This document shows positions 1-11,433 of a stretch of 64,000 bases of DNA, piece after piece (within the stretch, counting starts at the first letter, position 1; each line of letters begins with the position of its first letter). The notes under the pieces were generated by a model. It made no database searches and had not been told where the DNA came from. It saw only the letters and a program-made list of their open reading frames with translations. The translations under genes were made by a program, and so were the position numbers. The DNA comes from Anthoceros angustus. Lineage: Eukaryota > Plantae > Anthocerotophyta. Location of the stretch: positions 124,001 through 188,000 of the forward strand of contig MU008212.1 of the NCBI GenBank assembly GCA_010909165.1. Direction: 5' to 3'.

Positions 1-107
1 AGTGGGCAGGGCCGGAGTCGGACCCTGGGTGGCCATCGTCCCGACAGCCACGCAAAAACTAGTACTTCTGCCAAGTGAAGTGCAGTCCACTTCAGTGGCA
101 GGGCCGA

Positions 108-3100
108 TGGCGGTGGCGGTGGCGGTGGCGGTGGCGGTGGCGGTGGCCCTGCCTCTGCCTCTGCCTCTGCCTCTGCCCCTGCCTCTGCCTGCACTCCCAG
201 AGCCAAGAGCCAAGAGGCAAGGGGGACCCTGGCCCCTGCCTCCCTGGATAGCTAGAGGCAGGCAAAGCCAGCCAGCCTGGCTCCACCACGACAATTAATC
301 TCGGTGGGAGGCCCTCCACCCAGTCCCACTGCCTCATGAGGCTGCCATTAAGCGAGTGCATCTGATCCGCACGCACCCGCAATGTATGGAATCCCAACAC
401 AACCTTTCTTTATTGCACACTTAACTGCAGGCTCCAAGCAGTTCCCGGCGCTCAGCCCGGTGTGCGATAGCGTGATACGATAGGCGGGAAGACGAGGCCA
501 GCTGGATGTCTCTGGCGCCCAACCCCAGCGTGGTGCTGGTTCATCAGCCACAATAATGGAGCAGCAGAGCAGCAGAGCAGCAGAGGCCGCAGCTCATAGC
601 TCATCGCTATGGGGTGCGCTGGTTTCCCTCGTGTGAGACGTACTGTAGGTGTGCAAGACGGACGTTTGAGCTGAGTTCGGATGTGAGATGTGACCGGGCG
701 CATCACACCACCCTTCTTACGCTTCTTCTGCTTCTGCTTCTGCTTCTGCTGCCATGCTTTGTGTTTGATGTGTTGCCCAGGCACATGAAGCGCAACGGGA
801 ACCGGCAGTCTGCAACGGAAATGCAGCTGCAGCTGCAGCTGCTGCTCTGCTCTGTGCTGCTGCTAAAGAGAAGAAACCCTAGTGAAAAAGGAAAAAGCTG
901 GGGTGGTGTGGGTGCCATGCGAGGCCACGTTCCGGGGCCTGTGGCCTGGGGGCATGGGGCCTGGAGCATGGGGCCTGGCGCCTGGCGCCTGGCGCCTGGC
1001 TTTTGGCCCTCTCAGTCACTTTCATTTGAGCGCACCAGGCCACCAGCCACGATGCATTACATGCATCCATGGCCGATGCTGCGTAACAAGGAGAGAGAGA
1101 GAAAGAGTGGTGCCTCTTGTGTTGGTTGCGGCGTTTCTCGGTCACCAGGCTGGCACCATCATGGAACGGTCCGAAACCGAAAGGAATGGAATGCCCTGCA
1201 CCATGCCAGCTACCACTGGCAACCATAAAAGATGGATGCTCCTCGCATTTACATACAGTATGTACATCCTGCACACATGGGAGCAGCCGTGACTGGACCG
1301 ACATGCACCAACATGCACCAACATGGTGCCCGGGGGAGCCATGGATCTACATGCCATGCTAATTGCGGCATTGCGGCATCTCGGCAGGCGTTTGGCTGTA
1401 GCCTGGCCCTGGAGCCGACGAGCCGACGAGCCGACAGGAAAACAGAAGCACGGCCCCGTCCGGGCCGGGGCCGGGGCCGGGGCCGGGGCCGAAACCGAAA
1501 TTGAAACCGGGCCGCGCCAGCCCAAAGCTTTGCCTGCACGCACCGGTGATCCGGTCGCCCGCGCACATTGCCTGCCTGCCTGCCAGTTCCCGCCCTGGCC
1601 CCTGGCCCCTGGCCCCTGGCCCTGCACCGAGCCAGGTGCGCTTGGATGCCTGGATGCTTGGATTCTCGGATGCGATGCCGTGAGATGCCATCCCCGGCCA
1701 TCCCCGGCCCGACCCGATGCCCGATTCGGGCACCCACTGTACATACATACATAACACGACATAAGCTTGTGAATCTAGCAGCCCTGCCCTCCTACATTCC
1801 TACACCGGAGGAACCGCTTGTCCGTCTCCTCCACCCACCATCCACCACCCAGCAGGCTAATGTTAGGGATTCCATTCCCCTGGACCGGATTCTTTCCTTT
1901 GCTCCCACAGCTTGCGCTTGCGCTTCTGGGCGCCGGGCCGCCTTTGCTACATGGCACTGCAAATGTGCCCGCGCGCGCGTGCGCAACGCGCAACGCGCAA
2001 CGCGCATGCAACATGCAACATGCAACCCAGCGTCGCGCTGAACCCACATCCATCCATATGTGTGTTGCCTTAACCTGCCGCCGCGCCGCCCCCGTGCCAC
2101 ACTAGCAAACTACGCACACTGATTCCGAGCATCTTGGCATGGCATGCAATACAATTGGGAATTTGTCCCCCTCCTTTGCCAAATGCCACACGTCGCCCAT
2201 CCACCCAGCCGCATACACCAGACTTGATGCACTTCATCCTTGCGTCACCCTCCACTAACCAACTTACCTGCTTTTGAGCTGCAGGCCAGCATGTACATCA
2301 TGGACACTTGCGCACACACCACACACCACACACCGCGAAGCTGCTGCATTTTTTTTGATTCCGTGAACCCCATGGGCAGGTGGGGCGAGACGACGGGACT
2401 CCAGCTGCGACCATGACATGAGGCGTGTCAAACCATCCCACGACCCGTCCAAAGGGCCACCGACTACTCCCCAACCACACCATATTCTGCCCGCCCGCGT
2501 CTTTCCGAGAAACCCATGTTCGTAACTTGGTATGCTATGCATACACCACAAAGTGCATCAACCCAAGGCACAGGCTGTCAGCAAAATCCGCCATCAAAGC
2601 CGAGGCCGAGGCCGAGGCCGAGGCCGAGGCCGAGGCCGGGGCCCCTCGCCCATCGGATCCAACCATGTACATACATACAAGTCGCCCTGCCTTTTCCCGC
2701 CCTTTTTGCATGTATGCGCGCCAGGGGCACGCAACTGCAAGCTGCAAGCCGCAAGCTGCGACATGAGGGTATCGGGAAACACGAGCAGTCATGCTGTCAT
2801 GTCGGCCGTTTTGGTAAATCGGGCCAGCGAGAGTCTACAGTAGGTGGTAGTCGCGCAACAAAACAAAATAAATAAATAAATAAATAAATAAGCCTATCGT
2901 TTTGGGAGGTCGCCAAGCATAACGCCTGCGGCTGCCTGTCGCTTCTCGCTTCTCGCTTCGGGCCTTTCGCTTTGACTCCCTCCATGAGCCAACATGTTAG
3001 TGTGGTGGGATGTAGCATGTGGCGCCTGGCGCGGGCAGCGTTGCCTTGAGCCTGTGGACCGTGGAGTGTGAACAGGTGCGGGTGTCGGCGGCCACCGTTC

Positions 3101-3622
3101 CGTTCTCTGGAACCGTCATCGCTGCATGATGCCATGATGCTCATGACCCGACCTCACCTCACCTCACCTCACGTGGCGTGGCCATCCCATACTTCATGGA
3201 AGATGCACATGCCATCGTGCCCGGCATGAGTGCATGAGCGCATGAGCGCCAGTCCTAACCCCCGGACCCGGACAAAAGTTTAACGCTCACACTTCCCGAC
3301 GCACGCGGGCCCGTCGTCCAGGGCCTCTTGTCAGGCCCCCGACTTCACGTCCGCCTTCCGCGTTTATTGTAGCCACAGTGCTAATCTATTCTCTCGCCCT
3401 TTCGCACCCGGGACCGGCCATGCGTTTCCACCTAATTTTATCCAAATTTCATCAAATCATGGTATCATCAAATCTTTATGTTCCATACAAATCTCCCAAG
3501 CCATGCTTCACAATGTGCACTGCAGATTATGTGCTTCGCCTTCCTTTGCACCCTACCTAATAGCCTGATAGGTAGGTACTCATTTTTCTGCTCAGGGCTA
3601 GGGCTAGGGCTAGGGCTAGGGC
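108..3622. repeat. GC-rich non-coding region dense in microsatellites: (GGCGGT)n ~108-146, (CTCTGC)n ~150-192, (GCCGGG)n ~1461-1490, (GCCGAG)n ~2599-2638, (TAAA)n ~2869-2891, (TAGGGC)n ~3593-3622
   Basis: Repeats are directly visible. ORFs here translate to low-complexity dipeptide runs with no recognisable domain. Confidence 0.85.
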
Positions 3623-6257
3623 ATGGTAATCAAGATGTTGGACTAAAGTCATTCTTGTGTGAATGTTTATCATCACTAGCTAATTTGTTCTCTTCAATAT
3701 ACTTAAGATAATAACAAGAGGTCATTGTTAAGCTGTCCAGGTAATGTTGGACCCTAAGAGATACACACAACTTCAGCCACAACCAATTGACCAGTTCTAA
3801 CATAAACAAGTAAATCACTTCCTCTTTATTGTGGGCGCCCACTCGCTGAGCACCCTTGTGCGAGTTTCAATGCACGTATCGTATTCATATTGTGTCAAAT
3901 CATATCCTCCCATAAATCATATCCTCCCACAGTTTTGTGGGCGTTGGTCGCTCCCTTCTGTGAGTCCTATTTATTGTGGGCGCCCACTATTAACTTGTAT
4001 ACCATTTCGTATCATATCATATCAAATCGCTCACTTTATACAAGTAATATACACAATCAATTGATGCCTAGAGTGCCCTTGTGTGTGTTAGTTCAAACAC
4101 ACGAGATCACCATACCATCTTATCATATCATATCATATCATATCCTATCGTATCGGTATATCTTATGGTAGGGCTTAGCCTTCATAGCAATGACAATCTA
4201 ATTAATCACTTAGTCTTCAGAGCAAGGACAATATATTAATCACTTAGCATTCAGCCCAAGGACAACACAATTAATTACTCAGCCTTATGCGCAAGTATAT
4301 ACATCAATTGAAGTAGGGTGAGAGGAGCCCATTAGAGGGCGACATCTTGTATCTATATGTCCAGAACAGAAACTCCCGGGTGGAACATGCTACATGGCCA
4401 TGATGACCATGATCTGATTATCATCAAATATTTATTTTTACAATCAAATAAAATGCTCCAATATTATTTATTTGCAGTCCATGGATCCAATCAATTTCTT
4501 TTTCATCCAAGATCCTCCGTACCTAGTGTGACTTACGTAATTAAAGTGTAAAATGTTGATTTCTGATTAAGACTCCAATTTATTCTTTGTTTTTGTATCG
4601 GATTCCTCTATATTCCAGATTCCAGGCTTGCATACAACTGTAATCAGAGAAATTAAAAATTCTGTGTATTCCATCAAGGTGTTTTATAGTGAGTTAGTGA
4701 GCCCTGTGCGCCGTTTGCGGGTCTCGGTGAGCGCAATCAGATTCCCTTTGACTCTGTTTCCTAGCTTTTAGGAGGCGTATTTGAGCAAATTACGGCACGG
4801 AGAAAAGGGACAACCGGGATGGCCACTGGGCAAAGGCGAGGGGCAGGTGAAAGTTTGAGAGACCCGAGTCACCGGAAGGTCGGGAACCCGAGGGCCGGGT
4901 GAGCAGGAGAGGGAGAGGGAGAGGTGGAGGGTGAGGGTGAGGGAGAGGGAGAGGGTGAGGAGAGAGAGGGCGGGCAGGCAGCGCGGGAAGCAAGTTGGGG
5001 AGAGAGGATGGTGGCCGAGAGAAGAAGGGAAGGGCATGCGCATGATGCGCGCATGCTTAGCGCGCTCCGGCCGGTGCTGTGATGGTCCGGAATTCCGGAC
5101 TGGAGGGCCTGCAGGGCCAGAAAAGGGCGTGCCTGTGGCCTGCCCCGCGCTTGTGCAAGCCACGAGCCAGCTAGGCCCGTCCTGGGTTTATGGAGCAGTG
5201 TGCAAATCCGGGAGATTACTGCGCCCAAAAGCGCTGTGACGATCGGCTCCAGGACGACAGTAAGTACGTGACAGCGCTCATGTTGTACATGTCGGAGGCA
5301 GGCCGTGGTGAAGAAGCAGCAGCAAGTAACGCCATGGTCGCCCCCGCCCCCATCATGCGGATGCCATCGCTGTTCCTGCTTCTGCTGCTGGCCCGCTGGC
5401 TATGGCCGCTCCTGCCCTCCCTCGCCACCCTCGCTTCGCTGTCTAGCAGGCCAGTAGGAGTAGGAGTAGGAGAAGGCGGACCCCTCTCTCCGCTGCTGCC
5501 CATCTCCTCTCCCCTCTCTCCCCTCCTCCTCCTCTTCGCTCTTCCTGCTTGCCCCGCGTCTTGGCGTTCCCTCTCTTAATCCCGCGCCTCACTCCCCTCT
5601 TGCAAGCATCGGCCTCCTCTCCAGCTCTCTCGCACAGGACGAGTATTACTACCTCCTCGCCTGCGCCTCCTACTCACACTCCCTCCTCCAGCTCCTGCCT
5701 TCCTGCCTCTCCCTGCCTGCTTGCCTGCCTCTCCCTGTCTGCCTGCTTGCCTTCCTTCCTCCCTCCCTCCCGCCCATCGGAGTTCCTGCCTTTCCTACCT
5801 TCCTCTCTTCTCCTCTGTTCCTTCCTCGGTCTCAAGGAGCCCAGCCGCTGCTGCCCACCGGCCTCCAGGGCAGGCCTCTGCCTGCCTACGCCCAGCGCGG
5901 GGTTGTGGAGCCAGGTGCTCCCCTCGCCTCTTCCGGTGCATTTGCCATTCCGGTAACCCTAGGGAGGCGGCCCGTCTCTGCCTCCTTCCAGCGGGCGGAG
6001 GTCCGCATCAGAAGCTGCTATCTCTATGCGAGTTTCCAAGGCTTGGCAGGTGCTGTTACAGGCATTGCATGCAACGGCGACCTTCCCTCTGGTTTCTCAG
6101 TAGGAATGGGTGCTGACGTGACGGTCTGAAATTCGCGACTCAAGAATCCTCCTCCCCGCCCCAAATTTCAAGCTCCCTTTACGGCGAGTGCGTAATAGCG
6201 CTTCTGCGCGCCCAGGCTTGTCACCGGAGCTTTGTGAAGTTTTGGAGTTCAGGCGCC

Positions 6258-8287
6258 ATGGCTGCAGGTTGGTTTCCGCTCTCCTGGGCTCCGGCGCCGC
6301 TTTTCTGCGCTTCCGCAGCTGGTTTGCCGATCTGAAGCGGCATCAGCTTGCCAGGGAGCTTGTTCGCATCGAGGAGGTGCTTGTGCCAGTTTCCTCGCTT
6401 CTTACTGCTGGTGTGTGATCGGCGCTTCTTGTGCGCAGTTGTGGAGCAGAGGACGTGTTGGCCCTACTTTGATCCTGACTACGACACCTTCACCTCGCGA
6501 TTGAACCCCCCCAGGTTTGTGGTGGCAAGGTGCTCGGTCTCTGGTGGCCTGTGTGGAATGTGAAGCTTCTGGCTTGAAGTTCATGCCTTCTTCCTTCTTG
6601 CAGAGTTGAGGTGGACAACAATTCCCAGGAGCACGTGACAGTTATCAAAGTCGACAGCGCCAACACCGACGGGATCCTCCTGGACGTTGTTCAAATTCTC
6701 ACCGAGCTCGAGTTTACTATCGCCAAGGCGTACATCTCATCCGATGGGATCTGGTTCATGGACGGTGAGTTGGTGACGGTGGAGGCTTGAGCTTTGTTGT
6801 CTGTGCCTTCTTTTTGTTAAGCCCGGTCGTTGCTTACCCCACTTATCTGCGCCTGCAGTTTTCCATGTAACAACTTTAGATGGGCAAAAGGTTTTGGACG
6901 AGAACGTCACGGACTTGATACAAAAGGTAATGCCTCTCGGAATAGCATGCGGGAGCTTCTGTATTGCGGTGAATCCTCGCCTGGTCTGGTCGCTCATGTG
7001 ATCCTCTCGCTTCCGCAGAGACTGGATGAGAAATGCTTGAAGCGGAACGGCTGCCTTCGGCGCGCCGCCTACCAGAGGCCTATCGGTGTCCAATCTGTGC
7101 CCAAGGCAACCATCATTGAACTGACTGGAACGGACAGACCCGGGCTGCTTTCTGAGATCTCGGCTGTTTTGACGGCCGAAAAGTGTAACGTGGAGGCTGC
7201 GGAGGTTTGGACGCACAACATGCGCGTGGCGTGCGTGGTTTATGTGACGGACGAGGATCAGCGTGGTCCTATTTTGGATCAGCAGAAGTTGAGTACCATC
7301 AAAAGCCTCTTGACGGAGGTGATGAAGGACGATGGAGACAGGTCTTCGAGGACCGATTTTGCTGTGGAGGAAACTCATTCCGAGAGGAGACTCCACCAGC
7401 TCATGTACGCTGACAGGGATTATGAACCAGTGGAGACTTCTTCTGCGGAGAACAGAAATGAACCTGTGGTGCAAGTGAGAGACGAGAAAGGTTACTCAGT
7501 GGTGAATGTCACGTGCAAGGACCGGCCGAAGCTGCTGTTTGACACAGTCTGCACTTTGACAGATATGGATTATGTTGTTTTCCACGCCACCATCGACTCA
7601 GAAAACGGAGAAGCCGTGCAGGTGAGACTACAGTCCCTGGTTTATCTTGTTGGAGATTTGACACCACAGCTTGCCTTGGAGGTTAAAGTGTTTTGAATAT
7701 GGTTTGTGGTGATCTTATAATATTTGTGGTTTTTGTCAGGAATATTTCATTCGTCGAAAAAACGGTGATCTTTTGGATGCCGATGCCGAAAGGAAGGTGA
7801 TCAAATGCTTGAAAGCCGCGATCGAGAGACGGGCCCCAGCTGTGAGTTGCTACAGAATTTCTTGTTCATTTTTTTTGCCTTCGTAAGCCAGTGGAGGACA
7901 GAAAACTCAATCTTGGCTTGTCCATAATTCCAGGGCCTGCGGCTAGAGTTGTGTACAAGTGACAGAGTAGGGCTGCTGTCAGAGATCACTCGTATCTTCT
8001 CAACAAACAATCTTTCCGTGACTAGGGCCGACGTGGCTACTCTTAACGAGCAAGCAGTCAATGTGTTCTACGTAGTCGACTCCAGCGGGTGCCCTGTGGA
8101 CATGAAAGTCGTGGAGGCAGTCAGGAAAGAGATCGGACAGACCATGTTGAAAGTGGCTGTGGAGATTCCACCCAGGTTTGTGAAGTCTCCTCCCAGGGAA
8201 GCGGTGAAGCCCAAGTTCTCTTTCGGCAACCTCTTGAAGTCCCAGCTCTTCTACAACCTGGGCCTCATCAAGCCTTCTTATGCTTGA
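6258..8287 (+). CDS. ACR: ACT domain repeat (ACR) protein, 7 exons (~6258-6267, 6439-6514, 6604-6764, 6859-6926, 7019-7621, 7740-7841, 7934-8287)
   Basis: Spliced product MAAVVEQRTCWPYFDPDYDTFTSRLNPPRVEVDN...KVDSANTDGILLDVVQ...AYISSDGIWFMDVFHV...IELTGTDRPGLLSEI...CKDRPKLLFDTVCTLTDMDYVVFHA...DRVGLLSEITRIF gives four ACT domains typical of plant ACR proteins. Introns are GT-AG. Confidence 0.93.
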
Positions 8288-9138
8288 AGGTAAATAGTCG
8301 AAGGACCACATTCATCTGTGGAGCTTTGCTGCAAGTCTTCGTGACCTGGGTTAGCTGATGCAGAAAGTTCAGGTCATACTGAACTGGCTGTCCATCAACT
8401 TTGTACTATGTGTTGCCAACCTCCGGAGCTGTCATCACTGTGTACAGAAGAGGTGCATGACAGGATATAGGATACATTTGGGCCTCGGTTTGAGCTGAGG
8501 ACCTGTTTTTTAGGTCATAGAACCAAATTGTACATATACTGTTCTCCTTTTTCCTAAATATTTTTTCCAAACCGATGTAGCAATCGTTAACACTTTGCAT
8601 ACGACTCAGTGACATCTTGTTCTCAATTCCAATGTGACTGACATTTGTCCAGACGAGACGGTAGAGACAAATAATGACGACTTATTTTTTCAGAAAAGAA
8701 CAGTGTAAACGTGAAGTAGCTGTATACTAGAATGAGCTTTTTCGTATAAGAACAGGTTCTTACTATTGTCGTTTGTTCATTAACGTCGACAATCATTCAA
8801 ACTTATTGTGGAGCTCCCACTGTCCGACTATAATCTCGTCACTTTCTTCTTCAGGAGAAATTGTACGGATCACATCTCATTTTCTCAAGAGCAATTTTAA
8901 CAAAGCTTGATTTCCATGTTCATGAGGAGGATCACAATTCTAATCCTCTAGGTCCTTCACTCAGGGGGAACCGGCGGTACCAGACACTGTGAAAGCTACG
9001 ACTTCAGATGAACCGGGTGCTGCTTGCAGCGCGTAGGTAGACAGAGAAACCACAAACTCGCTGCACCCTCGGTCGTAGAGCGTCGACGCGACGACCGAGG
9101 AAACAAATACTTAAGGTCAAAACTCCTCAAAGGAAAAA

Positions 9139-9228
9139 GGGCCACTGATCAGCAAGTTTGAAGCAATGAAGCCATCATTCCGGCCGTCAAACCAATAGGG
9201 AAACACATATTCATCATCTCAGTGGCCC
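9139..9228 (-). ncRNA. Box C/D snoRNA with two antisense guides (25S and 18S rRNA)
   Basis: Minus strand: 10-bp terminal stem GGGCCACTGA/TCAGTGGCCC, C box ATGATGA (9211-9217), D' TTGA (9187-9190), C' ATGATGG (9172-9178), D box CTGA (9149-9152). The D' guide TTCCCTATTGGT is complementary to the plant 25S sequence ACCAAUAGGGAA. The D guide ATTGCTTCAAACTT pairs with the 18S sequence AAGUUUGAGGCAAU with one G-U pair. rRNA sequences were recalled, not searched. Confidence 0.88.
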
Positions 9229-9499
9229 TTCCCAACGTCCCCTCCAGGGAACACACGAAGACACATATAGATTGACGCCTGTAGCCCTCAGCCAGAAAAA
9301 AGTTTGAACAGACGACAGGAACCATGTTGCTTACAAGCACCTGCAAGGCGGCAGTCTCCACACAACACAGACACGATAGGGAACCTCCCAGACGATGTCA
9401 GCAAACCAGTCGCAGTTTCGCACCCTTCACGAAGACAAAACCAACAGCCGATGAAGGCCAGGTAACGTTGACTTAGCTGATGGAGTATCGAGAGGGCGG

Positions 9500-9552
9500 T
9501 ATTTATAAGTTCACGTGCCGTTAGGGCTTCGACAGCGGGGAGGCTAGGGCTG
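9500..9552 (-). promoter_or_regulatory. Putative promoter of the snoRNA transcript: TATA box, G-box and telo-box-like motifs
   Basis: Minus-strand TATAAATA (9500-9507), CACGTG (9512-9517) and two AGCCCTA telo-box-like motifs just upstream, about 270 bp 5' of the snoRNA. Confidence 0.55.
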
Positions 9553-9609
9553 ACGGTTTCAGATTAATAAAGCGAAGCCACACAAAAATTTGCATTGAGA
9601 TTTAGTCAA

Positions 9610-11433
9610 TTACTCTCTGAGCACAGATATAGTGGTGAGGGACGAGTCACCAGCTCCACTCACGGAGCCCCCTGCTTGTAGCACAGCTCTCAGCTGCCCA
9701 AGAGCTTCTGACGTGATCACCTCTCCAGGTGCGATCAGGGGGATGCCAGGGGGGTAGGGACATAACAACTCAGCAGAAATTCGTCCCAATGACTTCTCAA
9801 CACTAACTACCTGTGTCTCAGCAAAAAATGCCTCTCTGGGGCTCATTCTCTGAGGAGATCCCCAGCACCTTCCAGAGCCGGATTCAAACTCCATCTCGAA
9901 AGCGGACACAAGGCTCAGATATGACTGGGCCGATGCAGCAAGCTTCAGGCCCTGCCCCTCGATGCTCGGTTGCTGTGACCTGGAGGAAAGAAGTTTGACA
10001 GAGTGGACCAGTCTCTGGATGTCACGTCTGCTTGTGCCTGCATGAAGAGCGAAAGTGATGGACCGGAGCAACGGCAGCTCAGCAATGACACCATGTTCCA
10101 GCCTAAGGATATCATCGGCTTCGAAGCCTGACATCCCCAGTTCCCACAAGCCTATGGTGATGCGAAGAGGGTCTACGCTGGCCATCTCCCCTACTTGTGT
10201 GTAGTTTACCCGCTCTTCATCCAGAACATGAATTCCTGGAATGGCCCCCAACGCATCTCTTGCATCTTGAGCAAGGGCAATTGCGTCAGCAAAAGCTGTG
10301 GGCCCTGCCTGGGACATGTGAGCCCGTGCTGCATCCAAGGAAGAAAGCAGAAGGTAGCTTGGACTCGAACTCTGCAGGACCTGTAGGCACCGTCTCACCC
10401 GCTCTTGGCTCACCCTTGGTCCCCTGAGATGGAGCATAGCAGACTGGGTGAATGAGCCTAGTACTTTGTGGGTGGACTGGACAGCAAGGTCAGCGCCCTG
10501 CTCAAGTCCTGTGGGAGGGAAGTCCTGATGGAACTTGAAATGAGCTCCGTGGGCTTCATCCAGAATCACTGGAACACCGTGAAGATGGCACACTCTGGCT
10601 ATAGAAGCCACATCACTGCAAACCCCGAAGTAGGTTGGGGAAACAACAAGCACTGCTCCAACTCGTCCACCGAATTTCTTGATCTCACAGATTGCGTCGT
10701 CCACTGCAATTGGCGAGACGCCATGGGCAATACCCCAGAGTGGATCATAGACAGGCATGACGTACTTGGGCAGAGCTCCTGAAATGACCATGGCAGACAC
10801 TGCGGACATGTGGCAGCTCCTTGGTAGGACAAGATAGTGGCCAGTGCCACAGGTTGCCATCACAGCTGCCTGAATACCACAAGTTGAGCCATTCACCAGG
10901 AAAAAGGTGTCATCAGCACCAAACAAATTCGCTGCCTTTGCTTGTGCATCTCTGATAGCTCCCTCCGGAGCAAAGAGGTTGTCCAGCTCAGGTAGCTCTG
11001 GCAGGTCATGCCGAAAGGGGCCGTGGCCCAAAATCTCAAGCAAATCAGGAGGGGCAGCTGTGCCCCTTCCATGACCTGGGAAGTGGAAAGTCGCTGTATC
11101 CTGTTCCCCACATTCTCGTAGAGCCCCTAGCAAAGGTGCATCGCTCACCACTTTCAAATCGGGACCCATATCCAGTGTATGCCCATTGGAAGACGTGGAT
11201 TGATATTGCGGCCTTTGTCTAACAACACCTGGCAAACATTTCCTCCTCGGTAAACCAACATCGCTTCCTCCCACTTCTATTCTCCCGTTGTGCGCTGGTG
11301 AAATACTCCCTAGTACACGGAGCCGTTCCCTTCCAGACTCAATAATCTTGCCTAAATCTCTGCAAAATCTACCACACAGCCTGCCAGGAGGCAGAAAATA
11401 CCAAGTGGTTGTTGATGCCATGCACTGTGGCAT
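9610..11433 (-). CDS. Intronless PLP-dependent Orn/Lys/Arg decarboxylase (fold type I, bacterial-like) with an N-terminal extension
   Basis: Motifs FHFPGH, DLPELPELDNL, FLVNGSTCG, SPTYFG, LDEAHGAH, QSTHK (PLP lysine), SSSPSY and PYPPGIP..PGE. First in-frame ATGs are at 11433 and 11421. Confidence 0.92.
   Translation of the reverse strand: MPQCMASTTTWYFLPPGRLCGRFCRDLGKIIESGRERLRVLGSISPAHNGRIEVGGSDVGLPRRKCLPGVVRQRPQYQSTSSNGHTLDMGPDLKVVSDAPLLGALRECGEQDTATFHFPGHGRGTAAPPDLLEILGHGPFRHDLPELPELDNLFAPEGAIRDAQAKAANLFGADDTFFLVNGSTCGIQAAVMATCGTGHYLVLPRSCHMSAVSAMVISGALPKYVMPVYDPLWGIAHGVSPIAVDDAICEIKKFGGRVGAVLVVSPTYFGVCSDVASIARVCHLHGVPVILDEAHGAHFKFHQDFPPTGLEQGADLAVQSTHKVLGSFTQSAMLHLRGPRVSQERVRRCLQVLQSSSPSYLLLSSLDAARAHMSQAGPTAFADAIALAQDARDALGAIPGIHVLDEERVNYTQVGEMASVDPLRITIGLWELGMSGFEADDILRLEHGVIAELPLLRSITFALHAGTSRRDIQRLVHSVKLLSSRSQQPSIEGQGLKLAASAQSYLSLVSAFEMEFESGSGRCWGSPQRMSPREAFFAETQVVSVEKSLGRISAELLCPYPPGIPLIAPGEVITSEALGQLRAVLQAGGSVSGAGDSSLTTISVLRE

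Noticed and set aside
560-870. Possible miRNA fold-back (CAGCAGAG/CTCTGCTG arms with an inner GGTGCGCTGGT/ACCGGGCGCATC stem)
   Set aside because: The pairing comes mostly from simple repeats and I recognise no conserved plant miRNA. Small-RNA data would be needed.
3593-3622. (TAGGGC)n as a telomere
   Set aside because: Only about 5 internal units, and not the TTTAGGG plant repeat.
1-5960. Numerous 60-200 aa ORFs on both strands
   Set aside because: They arise from GC-rich microsatellites and CT/GA tracts, with no domains or consistent exon structure.
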